Positions 45,324 to 55,625 of a stretch of 64,000 nucleotides of DNA are shown one piece after another. This DNA comes from an uncultured Planctomycetaceae bacterium (lineage in GTDB: Bacteria > Planctomycetota > Planctomycetia > Isosphaerales > Isosphaeraceae). The translations under genes were made by a program, and so were the position numbers. Position 1 is the stretch's first letter, and each line of letters starts with the position of its first letter. The notes beneath the pieces were generated by a model. The model ran no database searches. It worked only from the letters and a program-made list of their open reading frames with translations, and was not told the DNA's origin. The stretch is taken from the NCBI GenBank assembly GCA_963833985.1, contig CAWIAD010000001.1:544001-608000 (forward strand). Reading direction: 5' to 3'.

Positions 45324-46220
45324 ATGATGGTTCGATCCGGGACCTCGACATCCTGGTTGCGGAAGGCATGGGCACCGGCCATGGTGATGGTGCCTGTTCT
45401 TCTGACCTTGCCGGCGACAACGACTTTCGGCCAGGGGTTCGGCTACAGTGCGGATCCCTACCAGCCCTACAATTTTCAGTACGCTCCGTTCATCACGCCG
45501 CTCGCCCCGGGCCCCTTCGACGCTGGCTTCAACAACGGAATGGCCAGGGGAATCCGCGGCGCCAACCAGTTCGAGGAGTACCTCAACTCGTTGCAGACGA
45601 GCGTGTCCGGTGCGCGTGCCGGCGGCGCGGGGGTGGGCGTCCGGCACGACCAGCCCAACCGGGCCTACGACCGGGAATTCGGCCGCATCTACCAGCCCAA
45701 TCGGCTGGCCGACCAGCAATTCGATGCCGGCCAGACGAGCTTGAACCAGCTTTATTTTGAGTACCTCCGCGAGAAGGACCCGAGGAAGCGGGCCGAGCTG
45801 TTCCGGAACTATTCCCGGGCCCGCAGCCGGGTCGATCGGGCACTCTCCGCTCCGCGCGGAGCTACCGGCGCACGGGCAGGCACCAGGCCGGCACGGGGAA
45901 CCGCGGCCGGCGGCACCGCGGCCGGCAGGGCTTCTGAAGCCGCCGACCGCGACATGCTGGCGACTCCGCCACCGGTCACCCCGGACACGTCCCGCGCGCG
46001 GTCCCGCTCCGGCCGCACTTCCGGCGCACCGTCGCTCGGGCCGGCTCCGCCCATCAGCGGTGGGCGCGGGCTGAACTCCCCGGGAGATCTGACGCCTTCG
46101 CAGGTGCTCGATCGGGCGGCGCGCTCGGAGCGGTCCAGGCTTGCTCCCCGTCCGCGTGGGCCCGGTACAAATTCCGGATCCGGAAGAAATTCGACGAGCC
46201 CGCCGCCACCCTCCCCGTGA
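45324..46220 (+). CDS. Secreted low-complexity hypothetical protein
   Basis: GGGAG RBS, signal-like N-terminus, Arg/Pro/Gly-rich tail. Confidence 0.6.
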   Translation: MMVRSGTSTSWLRKAWAPAMVMVPVLLTLPATTTFGQGFGYSADPYQPYNFQYAPFITPLAPGPFDAGFNNGMARGIRGANQFEEYLNSLQTSVSGARAGGAGVGVRHDQPNRAYDREFGRIYQPNRLADQQFDAGQTSLNQLYFEYLREKDPRKRAELFRNYSRARSRVDRALSAPRGATGARAGTRPARGTAAGGTAAGRASEAADRDMLATPPPVTPDTSRARSRSGRTSGAPSLGPAPPISGGRGLNSPGDLTPSQVLDRAARSERSRLAPRPRGPGTNSGSGRNSTSPPPPSP

Positions 46221-46295
46221 GTCTCTCCGCAGGATTCAGACGTCCAAAGCTGCCTCCGGCGGCCTTCAACCATGGTGCCCCACACCGCTAGCTCG

Positions 46296-46323
46296 TTGAC
46301 GGGGAGCGCTGGATTTCTAAAAT
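46296..46323 (+). promoter_or_regulatory. Likely sigma70 promoter of the nuo operon
   Basis: TTGACG-16 nt-TAAAAT about 180 bp upstream of nuoA. Confidence 0.55.
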
Positions 46324-46504
46324 ACAAACGTCTCACGCGGACCAACCGGCCCTCTTGCCGCGGCTGACATGCCCCAGCATTGAACGGTTCGTCTGACGTC
46401 CATCCTTTTTGCAGCCCGGCGGATTGCTGGGTCTTTTTTTGATCCGACTTTGTGAAAGCCTTCACAAGGAACGCCTCTCAGGCAGATCGGAGCGGCTCGC
46501 GACG

Positions 46505-46930
46505 ATGAGCACGGACTTCACCCCGGTTTTCCTTTTTCTGCTCGTCGCGGTTGCCATCGCCCTGAGCATGCTGATCGGCAGTGCGCTGCTTGGCCCACGA
46601 AAGCTCACCAAGGTCAAGCAGATGCCTTACGAGTCAGGCATGAACCCATTCGGGGACGCCCGGCAACGGTTTGACGTCCGCTACTACCTGATCGCGATTG
46701 TTTTCTTGCTCTTCGACGTTGAGCTGCTCTTTCTTTACCCCTGGGCGGTGGCCCAGTGGAGCCGCGGAACGCCGGCGGCCTTACCAGTCGGCGCGGAGGC
46801 ACCGGTCGTGGTGGCGGGAATACCCGCGGAGTTCCGCAGCCTGGTGTTCTGGGAAATCCAGATCTTCGTGGTGATCCTGGCCGCGGCACTGGCATACGCG
46901 TGGAAGAAAGGGGTGTTTGAATGGCGTTAG
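46505..46930 (+). CDS. nuoA: NADH-quinone oxidoreductase subunit A
   Basis: PYESG, FLLFDVE.FLYPW and WKKGVFEW. Confidence 0.95.
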   Translation: MSTDFTPVFLFLLVAVAIALSMLIGSALLGPRKLTKVKQMPYESGMNPFGDARQRFDVRYYLIAIVFLLFDVELLFLYPWAVAQWSRGTPAALPVGAEAPVVVAGIPAEFRSLVFWEIQIFVVILAAALAYAWKKGVFEWR

Positions 46931-47631
46931 CCGCAGGCGACGGCACGGGCGTTCTTCCGGAGGCAGGGCCGGCACCGGCGTCGAGTCTATCCGTGCAGCC
47001 GTCGAGTGCTGTCGAGGTTCCCGAGAACACGATCCTGACCACGGTGGACGCCGTGGTGAACTGGTGCCGGAAGTACAGCCTCTGGCCCATGCCCTTCGCC
47101 ACGGCCTGCTGTGGCATCGAGCTGATGGCGGTGGGGGCGAGCCGGTTCGATATTGCTCGCTTCGGCGCCGAGGTGATGAGATTCTCTCCCCGGCAATGCG
47201 ATCTCATGATCGTCGCCGGACGGGTTGCCATGAAGATGATGCCCGTACTCCAGCGCATCTGGCTTCAGATGCCGGAACCAAAATGGTGCATCAGCATGGG
47301 AGCCTGCGCGTCGACGGGCGGCGTGTTCGACACCTACGCCGTGGTTCAGGGAGTGGACCGGTTCATGCCTGTGGATGTGTATATACCGGGCTGCCCACCC
47401 CGGCCCGAACAGATCCTGCGGGCACTCATCGACCTGCAAGGCAAGATCCAGAAGGGGGGCTCGCTCTTCGGGACCGGCCTGCCGGAGATGGCCGAGCGGC
47501 AGAAGTTTCTCGAAGAGAAACGCAGCGCTCCGGCCGGCTCGGCAGTCTCCCAGGAACGTGGAGATGAGGACCGCTTCGGCTATCGCTTGCCGGGCGGCCC
47601 GGCACGCCTGGGCGTGGAAGAAACTCGCTAA
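46921..47631 (+). CDS. nuoB: NADH-quinone oxidoreductase subunit B
   Basis: TACCGIE, SPRQCD, MGACA and PGCPPRP. Confidence 0.96.
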   Translation: MALAAGDGTGVLPEAGPAPASSLSVQPSSAVEVPENTILTTVDAVVNWCRKYSLWPMPFATACCGIELMAVGASRFDIARFGAEVMRFSPRQCDLMIVAGRVAMKMMPVLQRIWLQMPEPKWCISMGACASTGGVFDTYAVVQGVDRFMPVDVYIPGCPPRPEQILRALIDLQGKIQKGGSLFGTGLPEMAERQKFLEEKRSAPAGSAVSQERGDEDRFGYRLPGGPARLGVEETR

Positions 47632-47702
47632 TCCTAGGCCACCGGACCGAACCTGACTGGCCCGCCGTTTCCGGGCTCACCGCGACACCGTCGCCATCCT
47701 GG

Positions 47703-48236
47703 ATGACCTGCCCCATGAGCACCACGGCCACACCGCGTTCCCCGGCTCTTGCGAAACTCGCGGAGCACTTTGGCGACGGCGTCTTCAGCACGTCGCGGTT
47801 TCGCGACAACCTGCGGCTCCACGTGCCGGCGGCCCGGCTGATCGAGGTGCTCTCGGCCCTCAGGACGCAGCTCGGCTTCGCGCTGCTGGTGGAGCTGGGT
47901 TGTACCGATTACCTGGGCTACCCCGGCCGGACGCGGGCGCGGTTTGAAGTGCACTACGTCCTGCGCAACCTGGACTCCAACGAGACCATCGTCGTCAAGG
48001 CCGGCGTGGACGACCCCGACCCGGCGCTCCCTTCCGCAATCGGCCTCTGGCCGGGTGCCGACTGGATGGAACGCGAGGTCTTCGACATGTTCGGCATCCG
48101 CTTCCAGGGCCATCCCGACCTGCGGCGGATCCTCATGCCCGAGGAGTTCACGGCCTTTCCGCTGCGCAAGGATTATCCGCTCCGCGGCCGGGGCGAGCGG
48201 CACAATTTCCCGCGCCTGACGCGGAGCGAGTCGTGA
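47703..48236 (+). CDS. nuoC: NADH-quinone oxidoreductase subunit C
   Basis: [29 protein letters not shown]. Confidence 0.95.
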   Translation: MTCPMSTTATPRSPALAKLAEHFGDGVFSTSRFRDNLRLHVPAARLIEVLSALRTQLGFALLVELGCTDYLGYPGRTRARFEVHYVLRNLDSNETIVVKAGVDDPDPALPSAIGLWPGADWMEREVFDMFGIRFQGHPDLRRILMPEEFTAFPLRKDYPLRGRGERHNFPRLTRSES

Positions 48237-48306
48237 GGAGTCAGAAGGTGGCAGGAGCCGCGTACGGTTCGCCACCGGCCACTTGCCCCCTGAGGACCGC
48301 CAGACC

Positions 48307-49527
48307 ATGACCGCCCATCTGCTCGACGACCCCGGCGTGGAGGCCGAACCGAAGCAGGCGACCTGGACGCTCAACTTCGGGCCCCAGCACCCTGCGACGC
48401 ACACGACCCTGCGCCTCATCCTCGAGCTCGATGGCGAGCGGATCATCAAGGCCACGCCCGATATCGGCTACCTCCATTCGGGGTTTGAAAAGCTCGGCGA
48501 GCATCTGAACTACAACCAGTACGTGACCATCGCGGACCGCAAGAACTACATCAGCCCGCCCCTCAACGAGGTGGCCTGGCATGGCGCGGTCGAGAAGCTT
48601 CTGGGGATCGAGCTGACCCCGCGCTGCCAGTACATCCGGGTGATCATCTCCGAGCTTGCCCGGATCAGCGACCACCTGCTCTGCACCGGTGCCGCGGCGC
48701 TCGACCTGGGGGCCTTCACCGCCTTCCTTTACGCGTTCAATTTGCGCGAGCAGATCTACGACATCTACGAGGAGATGTCCGGCTATCGCTTCCACCCGGG
48801 TTACACCCGCGTCGGCGGCGTCATGCAGGACTTCAACCAGCGCGTGCTGGATCGGATCGGCAAGTTCCAGGGGAATTTCCCGAGCGTGTACGCCGATGTC
48901 GAGAAGCTCCTGTTCCGGAACCGGATCTTCCTGGACCGCCTGCGGGACGTGGGCCGGCTGACAAGGGACGAGGCGATCGCTCTGTCGTGCACCGGGCCGA
49001 TCGCGCGGGCCAGCGGCGTGACCTACGACCTGCGCAAGGATCAGCCCTACCTGGCCTATCCGGACTTCGATTTCTCCGTCCCGTACACGACCGAAGGCGA
49101 TTGCTGGGCCCGGTTCATCGTCCGCATGGAAGAGATGCGGCAAAGCCACCGCATCATCGATCAGGCCCTGCGCGGGCTTCCCTCCGGCCCGGTGAACGTA
49201 CCGATCGCCGAGAAGCTCCCCTTACCCGACAAGCTCACCGCCTACAACAGCATGGAAGGCCTGATCCAGCACTTCGAGCTGATCATGCCGAACCGGGGCT
49301 TCGAGACGCCGCGCGACGAGGTTTACGCCTCCATCGAGAGCTCCAATGGCGAGCTGGGCTACTACCTGGTGGCCGACGGCGGCGAGTTCGCGTGGCGCGT
49401 GCGGACCCGGCCGCCATCGTTCATCCACTTTGCGATCTTTCCGCACATCATCAAGGACCATCTGCTGGCCGACGTGGTGGCGGTGCTCGGGAGCCTGAAC
49501 ATCATCGCGGCCGAGCTCGACCGCTAA
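48307..49527 (+). CDS. nuoD: NADH-quinone oxidoreductase subunit D
   Basis: NFGPQHPATH, GYLHSGFEK, C-terminal ELDR. Confidence 0.96.
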   Translation: MTAHLLDDPGVEAEPKQATWTLNFGPQHPATHTTLRLILELDGERIIKATPDIGYLHSGFEKLGEHLNYNQYVTIADRKNYISPPLNEVAWHGAVEKLLGIELTPRCQYIRVIISELARISDHLLCTGAAALDLGAFTAFLYAFNLREQIYDIYEEMSGYRFHPGYTRVGGVMQDFNQRVLDRIGKFQGNFPSVYADVEKLLFRNRIFLDRLRDVGRLTRDEAIALSCTGPIARASGVTYDLRKDQPYLAYPDFDFSVPYTTEGDCWARFIVRMEEMRQSHRIIDQALRGLPSGPVNVPIAEKLPLPDKLTAYNSMEGLIQHFELIMPNRGFETPRDEVYASIESSNGELGYYLVADGGEFAWRVRTRPPSFIHFAIFPHIIKDHLLADVVAVLGSLNIIAAELDR

Positions 49528-49588
49528 CCTGGCCGGAATCATGGAGAACTGAAGCTCAACCGAGACTCCAGCGAAGGAAGAGCCTGCG

Positions 49589-50118
49589 ATGCCAGCCGAC
49601 GTCACTACCGTTTCCAGGTTACGCATGCCGATCTTGAGCGAGTCGCTCAGGGAGCGGATCCGCGCCCTCTTTCCGCGCTATCCCAGCAAGCGCGCGGTGA
49701 CGCTGCCGGCCCTGCACATCGTTCAGGAGCACCTGCGGTGCGTGCCCTACCAGGCCATGGCCGAGATCGCCGAGCTGCTGGAGATCACGCCGGCCGAAGT
49801 GCACGACACCATGAGCTTCTACGGCTTCTTCTCGCAGGCGCCCTGGGGGAGGTCCGGGTCTGGATCTGCCGCTCGATCTCGTGCATGCTGCGCGGGGGCG
49901 ATGAGCTGCTGGAACACGCCTGCAAGCGGCTCCATGTGGAGCCGGGGGAAACATCCTCCGACGGCAAGCTGACGCTCGAGTACGCCGAGTGCCTGGGCAT
50001 CTGCGACCATGCCCCGGCCGCCCTGGCTGACGACGGCCGGGTCTTCGGCCCGCTCGACGAGGCCGGGGTGGACGCCATGCTCGAGGAAGTTCGAGGCATG
50101 TCCTCGAGCCAAAAGTAG
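49589..50118 (+). CDS. nuoE: NADH-quinone oxidoreductase subunit E (frameshift near 49845)
   Basis: CRSISC...ECLGICDHAP [2Fe-2S] ligands; split over ORFs 49589..49972 and 49738..50118. Confidence 0.9.
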
Positions 50119-50128
50119 ACATTACCAT

Positions 50129-50144
50129 AATTTCATATGAAATT
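50129..50144. promoter_or_regulatory. Perfect 16-bp palindrome, candidate operator of the inserted cassette
   Basis: AATTTCATATGAAATT; a degenerate copy AAATTTCATTATATGAACTTT lies at 50268-50288. Confidence 0.5.
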
Positions 50145-50180
50145 TGCAGAGACTTAGAGTTAGCAAGTCATGGCGTGGTC

Positions 50181-50266
50181 TAACCCCAATACCCTTGAAA
50201 TAGCGTTAACGAAAAGGGGCAAGCGGCTTGCGACAAACTTGTTCCCCGCTCTGCGTGGGAACGAGG
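50181..50266. mobile_element. MITE-like element family A, partial copy (left end plus hairpin)
   Basis: Aligns with 10871-10958 (TAAccCCAATACCcTTGAAAT...GCGACAAAC.TGTTCCC...CTGCGTGG.AACGAGG). Confidence 0.75.
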
Positions 50267-50289
50267 GAAATTTCATTATATGAACTTTC

Positions 50290-50393
50290 TAAATAGCTCC
50301 CCGTAAGAGGGAAAGTGTGGAACGGCCGCCCTCGGCCGTCCTGAGCCAGCCGAGGGCGGCTGGCCCACATTCCAAGAGGCGAGGATCTATTTA
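50290..50393. mobile_element. MITE-like element family B, copy 2
   Basis: TIR TAAATAGCTCCCCG / CGAGGATCTATTTA; removing it with one TA restores similarity to the upstream duplicate leader. Confidence 0.85.
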
Positions 50394-50414
50394 GAGACTT
50401 AGAGTCGGCAATTA

Positions 50415-50921
50415 ATGGCGTGGTCTAATCCGGACATACGACTTTATCATGGCACTGTGGAAGATCATGTTCCGTCGATCCTCGCAGCGGTAGATCTTGA
50501 TTATCGACTGGTCCGTGGTGGGAGTGATTTCGGGCGGGGCTTCTACACGACCACCTCGGAACACCAGGCGCGCAAATGGGGAGAAACGCTCTCGTTGCAG
50601 AATCGCTATTACGGAACATCATCCGCCGTTGTTTGGTTTCAGATAACACGTGATGCCATCTCGGAACTGGACACCTTGTGGTTCGTCCGGGGAGATTCAG
50701 GCAATGACGACTACTGGCAGCTCGTTCAGCATTTTCGGTCTGTTCCCCGAGGCGTGGATCATTGCCGACCGGGTGGCTCCCCCTGGTATGATGTCGCCGT
50801 TGGGCCGCTGTCAAGGTTCTGGAAGAGGCGCGAGATCATCAGCGAGTCGGACCAGGTCAGTTTCCACACGGATCGGGCCATCGGATTGTTGAATTCGGCG
50901 ACGAAGGGCCGCTTATCATGA
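50415..50921 (+). CDS. DUF3990-like protein (predicted ADP-ribosyltransferase-fold toxin)
   Basis: LYHGT, DFGRGFYTT, QARKW, YDVAVGP and DQVSFHT motifs; lower GC than the flanks. Confidence 0.8.
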   Translation: MAWSNPDIRLYHGTVEDHVPSILAAVDLDYRLVRGGSDFGRGFYTTTSEHQARKWGETLSLQNRYYGTSSAVVWFQITRDAISELDTLWFVRGDSGNDDYWQLVQHFRSVPRGVDHCRPGGSPWYDVAVGPLSRFWKRREIISESDQVSFHTDRAIGLLNSATKGRLS

Positions 50922-51196
50922 TGACCCAAAAAGAAAAAGACAATTACTGGCTAATCGTAAGGGAATGCGTGGTTGCTTTTCACGGACAGAAACGTGTCGA
51001 CGCGAATCGGATTGTGAGTTCTTACCGCGCTCGCATCGATTCTGCGTTACCGCAGATTGCATCGGATGTCTTCTATCACAACGAGCCATTTGATATCGCA
51101 TGCGACATCGCCGAAAGAGAGATCCCCTTGACCGAAGAGATCTTCTCCAAGTACGAGCGGATTCTGGAGGGGAAGCCGATTGATTCAACCGCGTGA
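50918..51196 (+). CDS. Small helical protein, candidate antitoxin/partner
   Basis: 92 aa; ATGA overlap with the DUF3990-like gene; same low-GC composition. Confidence 0.65.
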   Translation: MMTQKEKDNYWLIVRECVVAFHGQKRVDANRIVSSYRARIDSALPQIASDVFYHNEPFDIACDIAEREIPLTEEIFSKYERILEGKPIDSTA

Positions 51197-51240
51197 GCAG
51201 ACATGCGACGGCTATTCAAGTACCGAGCGAGAGATAAAAC

Positions 51241-52653
51241 GTGCCCACTTTTGAACCTGTCCTGAGCCGCAACTGGAACGTCGCCGACAGCCACACGCTG
51301 AAGGTGTATGAATCGCGCGGGGGGTACCAGGCGGCGCGCAAGGCCCTCACCACCATGGCCCCCGACGCCGTGGTGAACCAGGTGAAGGATTCGGAGCTCC
51401 GGGGCCGTGGCGGCGCGGGGTTCCCCTGCGGGCTGAAGTGGACGTTCCTGCCCAAGGATCGCAAAGAGACGCTCATGTGCGTGAACGCCGACGAGAGCGA
51501 GCCGGCGACGTTCAACAACCGCTACCTGATGGAGAAGGACCCCCAGCAGCTGCTCGAGGGCATCCTCATCTCGTGCTTCGCAACCCGGGCGCGCACGGCC
51601 TACATCTACCTGCGATTCGAGTACATCCGCGCGTACCGCATCCTCGAGGCGGCCATCGCCGAGGCGCGCGCCGCCGGGCACCTGGGCAAGGACATCTACG
51701 GATCGGGCTTCGACCTGGATATCTGGGTGCACCGCGGGGCGGGCGCCTACATCTGCGGCGAGGAAACCGGCCTCATCGAGAGCCTGGAAGGCAAGCGCGG
51801 CTGGCCGCGGATCAAGCCGCCCTTCCCGGCCATCGAGGGGGCGTTCCGCAAGCCCACGGTGGTGAACAACGTGGAAACGCTCTGCTGCGTGCCGCACATC
51901 ATGGAGCGGGGCGGTGCCTGGTTCAAGTCGATCGGCACGCCCAAGAGCTATGGACCGAAGCTGTACACGATCTCCGGCCACGTGAACCGGCAGGTCTGCG
52001 TCGAGCTGCCGCTGGGCATCACCTGCCGGGCCCTCATCGAGGAGCACGGCGGCGGAGTCTGGAAGGGGCGCAAGGCGAAGGCGGCTGTGCCCGGGGGCAT
52101 CAGCATGGGGCTGCTCTCCGCCGACGAGCTGGACACGCCGCTCGACTTCGAGAGCCTGCGCAAGCCCGGCTGCCTGGGCCTGGGAACCGCGGCCGTCACC
52201 GTGCTCGACGACCAGACGAGGATCATCGACTACCTGCACAACACCTGCCGGTTCTTCGCCCACGAGAGCTGCGGTCAGTGCACCCCCTGCCGCGAAGGGA
52301 CCGGCTGGCTGAACAAGATGGTCCAGCGCATTCGTGCCGGCGGCGGGCGGATCGAGGACCTCGATCTGATGCTCAGCATGGCCAATAACATGGGGATCAT
52401 GCCGGGCACCACGATCTGCGGCCTGGCCGACGGTGCGGCCTGGCCCATCAAGAACGCGATCGCGAAGTTCCGCGGCGAGCTCGAAGACTTCATCCGCACG
52501 CACCGCTCACCGGCCCACGAGGTCACCGTCTTGCAGGAGAGCATCGCCCACGGCAGACCGGCGAGCGACGGCTTCGTGGGCCTGCCCGTCCTGAACGCCC
52601 CGCCGCTGGCGCCGGCCGGCGCGGAACCTCCGGTCAGCCGCATTCCGAACTGA
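51241..52653 (+). CDS. nuoF: NADH-quinone oxidoreductase subunit F
   Basis: LRGRGGAGFP, NADESEP, GAGAYICGEET, ESCGQCTPCREG and TIC. Confidence 0.96.
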   Translation: MPTFEPVLSRNWNVADSHTLKVYESRGGYQAARKALTTMAPDAVVNQVKDSELRGRGGAGFPCGLKWTFLPKDRKETLMCVNADESEPATFNNRYLMEKDPQQLLEGILISCFATRARTAYIYLRFEYIRAYRILEAAIAEARAAGHLGKDIYGSGFDLDIWVHRGAGAYICGEETGLIESLEGKRGWPRIKPPFPAIEGAFRKPTVVNNVETLCCVPHIMERGGAWFKSIGTPKSYGPKLYTISGHVNRQVCVELPLGITCRALIEEHGGGVWKGRKAKAAVPGGISMGLLSADELDTPLDFESLRKPGCLGLGTAAVTVLDDQTRIIDYLHNTCRFFAHESCGQCTPCREGTGWLNKMVQRIRAGGGRIEDLDLMLSMANNMGIMPGTTICGLADGAAWPIKNAIAKFRGELEDFIRTHRSPAHEVTVLQESIAHGRPASDGFVGLPVLNAPPLAPAGAEPPVSRIPN

Positions 52654-52677
52654 TTCCTCCCAGGAAAGCGAAGCACG

Positions 52678-54426
52678 ATGGCGACGATCCTGATCAATGG
52701 CACCGAATACCCGATTCCCGAAGGGGAAAAGCTGAACGCCATCCAGATGGCGCGGCGGGTCGGGATCGATATCCCCTACTACTGCTGGCATCCTGCACTC
52801 TCCGTGGTGGCCAACTGCCGGATGTGCGAGATCGAGACCGGGACGCGCGATGCCAAAACGGGCGAGATCAAGATGTTGCCCAAGCTCGTCCCGGGGTGCC
52901 AGACGCCGGCCCGGGATGGCACGGTGCTCGTGACCACCAGCCCCAAGGTCAAGGAACACCAGCGCATGGTGATGGAGTACCTGCTGCTGAACCACCCGCT
53001 CGACTGCCCGGTGTGCGACCAGGCCGGCGAGTGCGGGCTGCAAGACTACAGCTACCACTACGGGCAGGCCAGCCACCGCTTCGTGGAGGAGCGGCTGGTG
53101 AACCCGCGCAAGGACGTCTCCGACCTGGTCCAGCTCAACCAGGACCGCTGCATCATGTGCACGCGGTGCGTCCGGTTCACCCGCGAGATCACCCAGACCG
53201 GCGAGCTCGAGGTGATGCGGCGCGGCAATCATGCCGAGATCGGCATATTTCCCGGTCACACGCTCGATGCGAACCCGCTGGCCGGCAACGTCGTGGACAT
53301 CTGCCCCGTGGGCGCGCTGCTGGACAAGGACTTCCTGCACCGTCAGCGGGTCTGGTTCCTGTCCAAGCACAAGTCGGTCTGCACCCGCTGCTCCACCGGC
53401 TGCAACATCAGTGCCGAGGAGAACAAGGGCCAGCTCTGGCGGTTCAAGCCCCGATCCAACCCTCACGTGAACGACTACTGGATTTGCGACGAGGGACGCT
53501 ACAGCTACAAGGCGGCCAACGACCCCGGCCTGCTGGCGGCGATGTACGTGCGCCTGAACGACGACCTCCAGCCGGTTCCTGTCGCGGAGGCGATCGCGGC
53601 CGTGGACCGCGGGCTGCGGCAGGTCATCAGCGGCGGGGGGCGGGTCGCCGGCGTGCTCTCGCCGTTCCTGACCGTCGAGGAGGCGTTCCTCATGGTCCGC
53701 TACCTGAAAGGGCTTGATCCCGCATGCGTGCTGGCCCTGGGGCCAGTGCCGGTACGCGGCGAAGACGTCACTTTCAAGCCAGACCAGACCAAGGGGCGGA
53801 CCGGCGATACGAGCTTCGTCGTCTCGCGGCCGTTCACGATCCACGCCGAGAAGTGCCCGAACCGGCGGGGCGTCGAGGCGATTCTCGACCATTTTCAGGG
53901 GGCGGTCATTGGCTTCGAGGAGCTCACTCGCCGCGTGGCCGGTGGCGAGTTCCAGGGGCTGTACCTGGCCGCGGATGCGATCGACGCCTGGATCGATGAG
54001 GCCGCGAGCCGCTCCCTGCGGCAGGGGGTTGGCTTCCTGGTGCTCCAGGATACGACCGTGACGCCGCTGGCCCACCTGGCCGACGTGGTGCTTGCCGGCG
54101 CCACGTTCGCGGAGAAGGCCGGCAGCTACGTGAATGCCGACGGCCGCTTGCAATACTCCGAGGCCGCACTGCCGCCTCGCGACGGCGCGTTGCCCGACCT
54201 CGACCTCTTCGCCATCCTGATGCACCGCCCCGGCGGGCCGGTGCGCTCCGGCGAGGTCCTGGCCGAGCTGGCCGAAGTGGTGCCTGCCTTCAGCGCCGCC
54301 CGTGGCGGCGCGGTGGCCCCGCTGGGGGTGGTTCTCGGGGCATCGGCCCCGGCTGACGGCACTGCGCGGGCGGCTGCCTTCACGGATTCGTGGTACGTGC
54401 CGCAGGGCGCGGCACGCTCGCGCTAG
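52678..54426 (+). CDS. nuoG: NADH-quinone oxidoreductase subunit G
   Basis: YCWH..CRMC, NHPLDCPVCDQAGECGLQ, CIMCTRCVRF, CPVGAL and CTRCSTGC...C. Confidence 0.94.
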   Translation: MATILINGTEYPIPEGEKLNAIQMARRVGIDIPYYCWHPALSVVANCRMCEIETGTRDAKTGEIKMLPKLVPGCQTPARDGTVLVTTSPKVKEHQRMVMEYLLLNHPLDCPVCDQAGECGLQDYSYHYGQASHRFVEERLVNPRKDVSDLVQLNQDRCIMCTRCVRFTREITQTGELEVMRRGNHAEIGIFPGHTLDANPLAGNVVDICPVGALLDKDFLHRQRVWFLSKHKSVCTRCSTGCNISAEENKGQLWRFKPRSNPHVNDYWICDEGRYSYKAANDPGLLAAMYVRLNDDLQPVPVAEAIAAVDRGLRQVISGGGRVAGVLSPFLTVEEAFLMVRYLKGLDPACVLALGPVPVRGEDVTFKPDQTKGRTGDTSFVVSRPFTIHAEKCPNRRGVEAILDHFQGAVIGFEELTRRVAGGEFQGLYLAADAIDAWIDEAASRSLRQGVGFLVLQDTTVTPLAHLADVVLAGATFAEKAGSYVNADGRLQYSEAALPPRDGALPDLDLFAILMHRPGGPVRSGEVLAELAEVVPAFSAARGGAVAPLGVVLGASAPADGTARAAAFTDSWYVPQGAARSR

Positions 54427-54527
54427 CCAGGGTGCTGGATCGAGGTCTCTTGCCTGGTAAGATCGTGGTCCTTACGTGCTGACGTCGCGGTCGAGGCGAA
54501 CGGCATCAGGGGCGGTTCCCGGGAAAG

Positions 54528-55581
54528 GTGAAGCGGATGATCTGGGTGGCGTTGGGCATCTTGCTGAAGATCCTGGTGGTGGTGAACATCGCCATGGGTA
54601 CAGTGGCCTACCTGATTTACGTGGAACGCAAGGTCGCCGCGTACGCCCAGGATCGCCTGGGACCGAATCGGGCGGGCAAGGAATTCGGCGTCCCGTTTGG
54701 ACTGCTCCAGCCCCTGGCCGACGGGGCGAAGATGCTGCTCAAGGAAGACGTGATCCCCGGCTACGTGTCGCGGCCGCTGTACCTGATGGCTCCGGTGATT
54801 GCGATCGTCGCGGCCATGATCGGGTTCGCCGTTGTCCCGTTCGGTCCGGTCGGCCCGAACCAGATCATGAATTTCCAGATCGCCCCGAACATCAACATCG
54901 GCATCCTCTATGTCTTCGCCATCGGCAGCCTGGCGGTCTACGGCATTATCCTGGCCGGCTGGTCGTCCAACAACAAGTACGCCTTCCTGGTGCGCGCTGC
55001 GCTCCAGTGCCCAGCTCATCAGCTACGAGATCCCGCTGGGGATGTCCATTCTGGGCATGGTGCTGATCGCCGGCTCGCTCGACCTGAACCAGATCATCGG
55101 CTGGCAGGACCGGCACGTCTGGGGCGTCTTCGTGCAGCCCATCGGCTTCCTGCTGTTCCTCGTGAGTGCGTTCGCGGAGACCAACCGGCTTCCCTTCGAC
55201 CTGCCCGAATCGGAACAGGAGCTTGTCGGCGGCTTCCACACCGAATACTCGGCCATGAAGTTTGGAATGTTCTTTCTTGGTGAATATCTGCATGTGATCA
55301 CGGTCAGTTACCTGACGGTCATCCTGTTCTGGGGAGGCTGGGACCTGCCCTTCGTGCTCGACGCGGGGCAGACGGGTTTTCTGAGCGTGGTGCTCAAGGT
55401 GCTGGTCTTGCTGGTCAAGGTGGCGATCATGATCCTGGTCATCATGTGGGTGCGCTGGACGTTGCCCCGGTTCCGCTACGATCAGCTCATGGACCTGGCC
55501 TGGAAGTCGATGATTCCACTGTCGCTGGTGAACCTGGTGGCCACCGGGGCGATCGTGCAGCTGTTGTATTCCTCGAGATAG
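54528..55581 (+). CDS. nuoH: NADH-quinone oxidoreductase subunit H (frameshift near 54990)
   Basis: ERK..QDRLGPNR, LRSSAQLISYE, ETNRLPFDLPE and PRFRYDQL. Confidence 0.93.
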
Positions 55582-55625
55582 CCCGGGACGCCGGTCCCTC
55601 AAGAGAACCCGTCGAGGAGATTCAT

